64,000 nt of DNA from contig OZ244836.1 of the NCBI GenBank assembly GCA_965220645.1, forward strand, positions 1,472,237 through 1,536,236, given 5' to 3'. The stretch is from Candidatus Aldehydirespirator sp. GTDB taxonomy: Bacteria; Actinomycetota; Acidimicrobiia; Acidimicrobiales; Aldehydirespiratoraceae. Shown here in pieces: positions 62,936 through 64,000 of the stretch (position 1 is its first letter; each line of letters starts with the position of its first letter). Below the pieces are notes generated by a model. The model was not told where the DNA came from. It made no database searches and saw only the letters and a list, made by a program, of their open reading frames with translations. The translations under genes were made by a program, and so were the position numbers.

Positions 62936-64000
62936 GTGAACTTCAGAGCTGGTACCGCCCGAGCCCGTCCGTCCCGATCGGACACCCCTGGATGGGCTCA
63001 CCGACGCCGAGCCCCCAGAACGCTGGCCGCGATGGCCGTCGCGGCTCTCCTGGCGACGTTGACAGCGCCCTCGAGCGCTCTGGCCCAGGCCGAGGAGCCG
63101 GTCGACCGGCCGGCGCTGCTGGAGCTCTTCATTGCCACCGACGGCACCAACTGGGATCGACACGACAGCTGGGGCTCCGAACTTCCGCTGGAGAGTTGGT
63201 ACGGCGTGAGCACCGACGAAGACGGCAGGGTAGTTCGCTTGGCGCTGCCGTCGAACGGGCTGTCGGGGGAGCTTCCCTCTGCGATCGGCGGCCTCACGGC
63301 CCTGGAGCTACTGGACCTCGGCGACAACGAGGTGTACGGGGAGATCCCCGCCGAGATCGGAGAGCTGTCCAACCTCGCGCACCTGGACCTCCAGAACAAC
63401 GACCTCGACAGGCAGATTCCGACCGAGATCGGCAGTCTCGACAAGCTCACCACCCTGGACCTGCGAGACAACGGCCTATGGGGAGCGCTCACCCCCGAGA
63501 TCGGCCAGCTCGCGAGTCTCAGGATTCTCGACCTTCGCAACAACGGGTTCTCCCGCGAGATCCCCGCGACGTACGGCGATCTCTCCTCGCTGACTCACAT
63601 GGTGCTCAGCGGGAACCGTCTGTCGGGTGAGATCCCCGCCGAGTTCGGCAGTCTCACCAACCTCGCCTGGCTGGACCTCAGCTCCAACCGCCTGTCGGGT
63701 GAGATCCCCGCCGAGTTCGGCAGTCTCGCCAACGTCACCTGGCTGGACCTGAGCTCCAACCGTCTGTCGGGTGAGATCCCCACCGAGCTGAGCTTGCTGA
63801 CCCGGCTCAAGCGGCTCAGTCTCTGGAACAACGGGTTGTCGGGAGAGATCCCCGACGCGCTTGGTCTGCTGTCAGAGCTTGAAGATCTCAGCCTCAGCCT
63901 CAATCAGCTGTCGGGCCCGATTCCCTCCCGGCTCGGTGATCTCGCCGCGTTGCAGCGCCTGAGGCTCGGGCACAACAACCTGTCCGGTCAGATCCCTGCC
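62936..64000 (+). CDS. secreted leucine-rich-repeat protein with plant-specific-type 24-residue LRRs; 3' end runs off the window
   Basis: Own translation from the GTG at 62936, with AGGAG 6 nt upstream. All 355 codons to the window end are open, and it is absent from the ORF track because it has no stop. Signal-like RRRAPRTLAAMAVAALLATLTAPSSALAQA is followed by at least 11 units of LxxLxxLxLxxNxLSGEIPxExGx. Confidence 0.8.
   Translation, partial: MNFRAGTARARPSRSDTPGWAHRRRAPRTLAAMAVAALLATLTAPSSALAQAEEPVDRPALLELFIATDGTNWDRHDSWGSELPLESWYGVSTDEDGRVVRLALPSNGLSGELPSAIGGLTALELLDLGDNEVYGEIPAEIGELSNLAHLDLQNNDLDRQIPTEIGSLDKLTTLDLRDNGLWGALTPEIGQLASLRILDLRNNGFSREIPATYGDLSSLTHMVLSGNRLSGEIPAEFGSLTNLAWLDLSSNRLSGEIPAEFGSLANVTWLDLSSNRLSGEIPTELSLLTRLKRLSLWNNGLSGEIPDALGLLSELEDLSLSLNQLSGPIPSRLGDLAALQRLRLGHNNLSGQIPA

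Overview
High-GC (about 68-70% by eye) chromosomal segment of Actinomycetota type. It is densely packed with about 60 protein genes on both strands. I saw no rRNA, tRNA or CRISPR array. Lineage markers: mycothiol enzymes (mca, an MDMPI/DinB-type protein), F420-type LLM oxidoreductases, NucS, a fused Kgd, a DUF222-HNH gene, frequent GTG starts, and many 4-nt NTGA stop/start overlaps. Gene content is mostly housekeeping or metabolic: siroheme genes (cobA, sirC-like), about 9 SDRs, two CoA-transferase systems, a P450, an ABC-2 exporter, a Ski2-like helicase, a type IIA topoisomerase A+B pair, a Cas4-like nuclease, an orphan ParA, an MgtE-like channel with a PhoU/TrkA-C partner, VanW, PAP2, an aldolase/kinase/dehydrogenase operon, cysQ, kgd, xthA, a CPA2-Usp antiporter, a UvrD-like helicase, a sulfatase, and a secreted plant-type LRR protein. 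The one clear accessory patch is about 4715-9250, with visibly lower GC. It carries a lipoprotein serine protease, a frameshifted IS1595 transposase remnant, and an AAA15 ATPase + RloB pair (AbiL/RloAB-like abortive-infection module) behind an AT-rich promoter with a palindromic operator. The most unusual signals are non-genic. (1) A roughly 100-nt element occurs three times, always in the same sense 60-75 nt upstream of a start codon, and contains a conserved GTG-initiated 30-33 codon uORF that stops 9-17 nt before the downstream gene. (2) A perfect 72-bp tandem repeat (2.7 copies) sits in a divergent promoter region. (3) Two related 41-nt AT-rich palindromes lie between convergent genes. None of these matches an element I recognise. 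All functional readings are inference.
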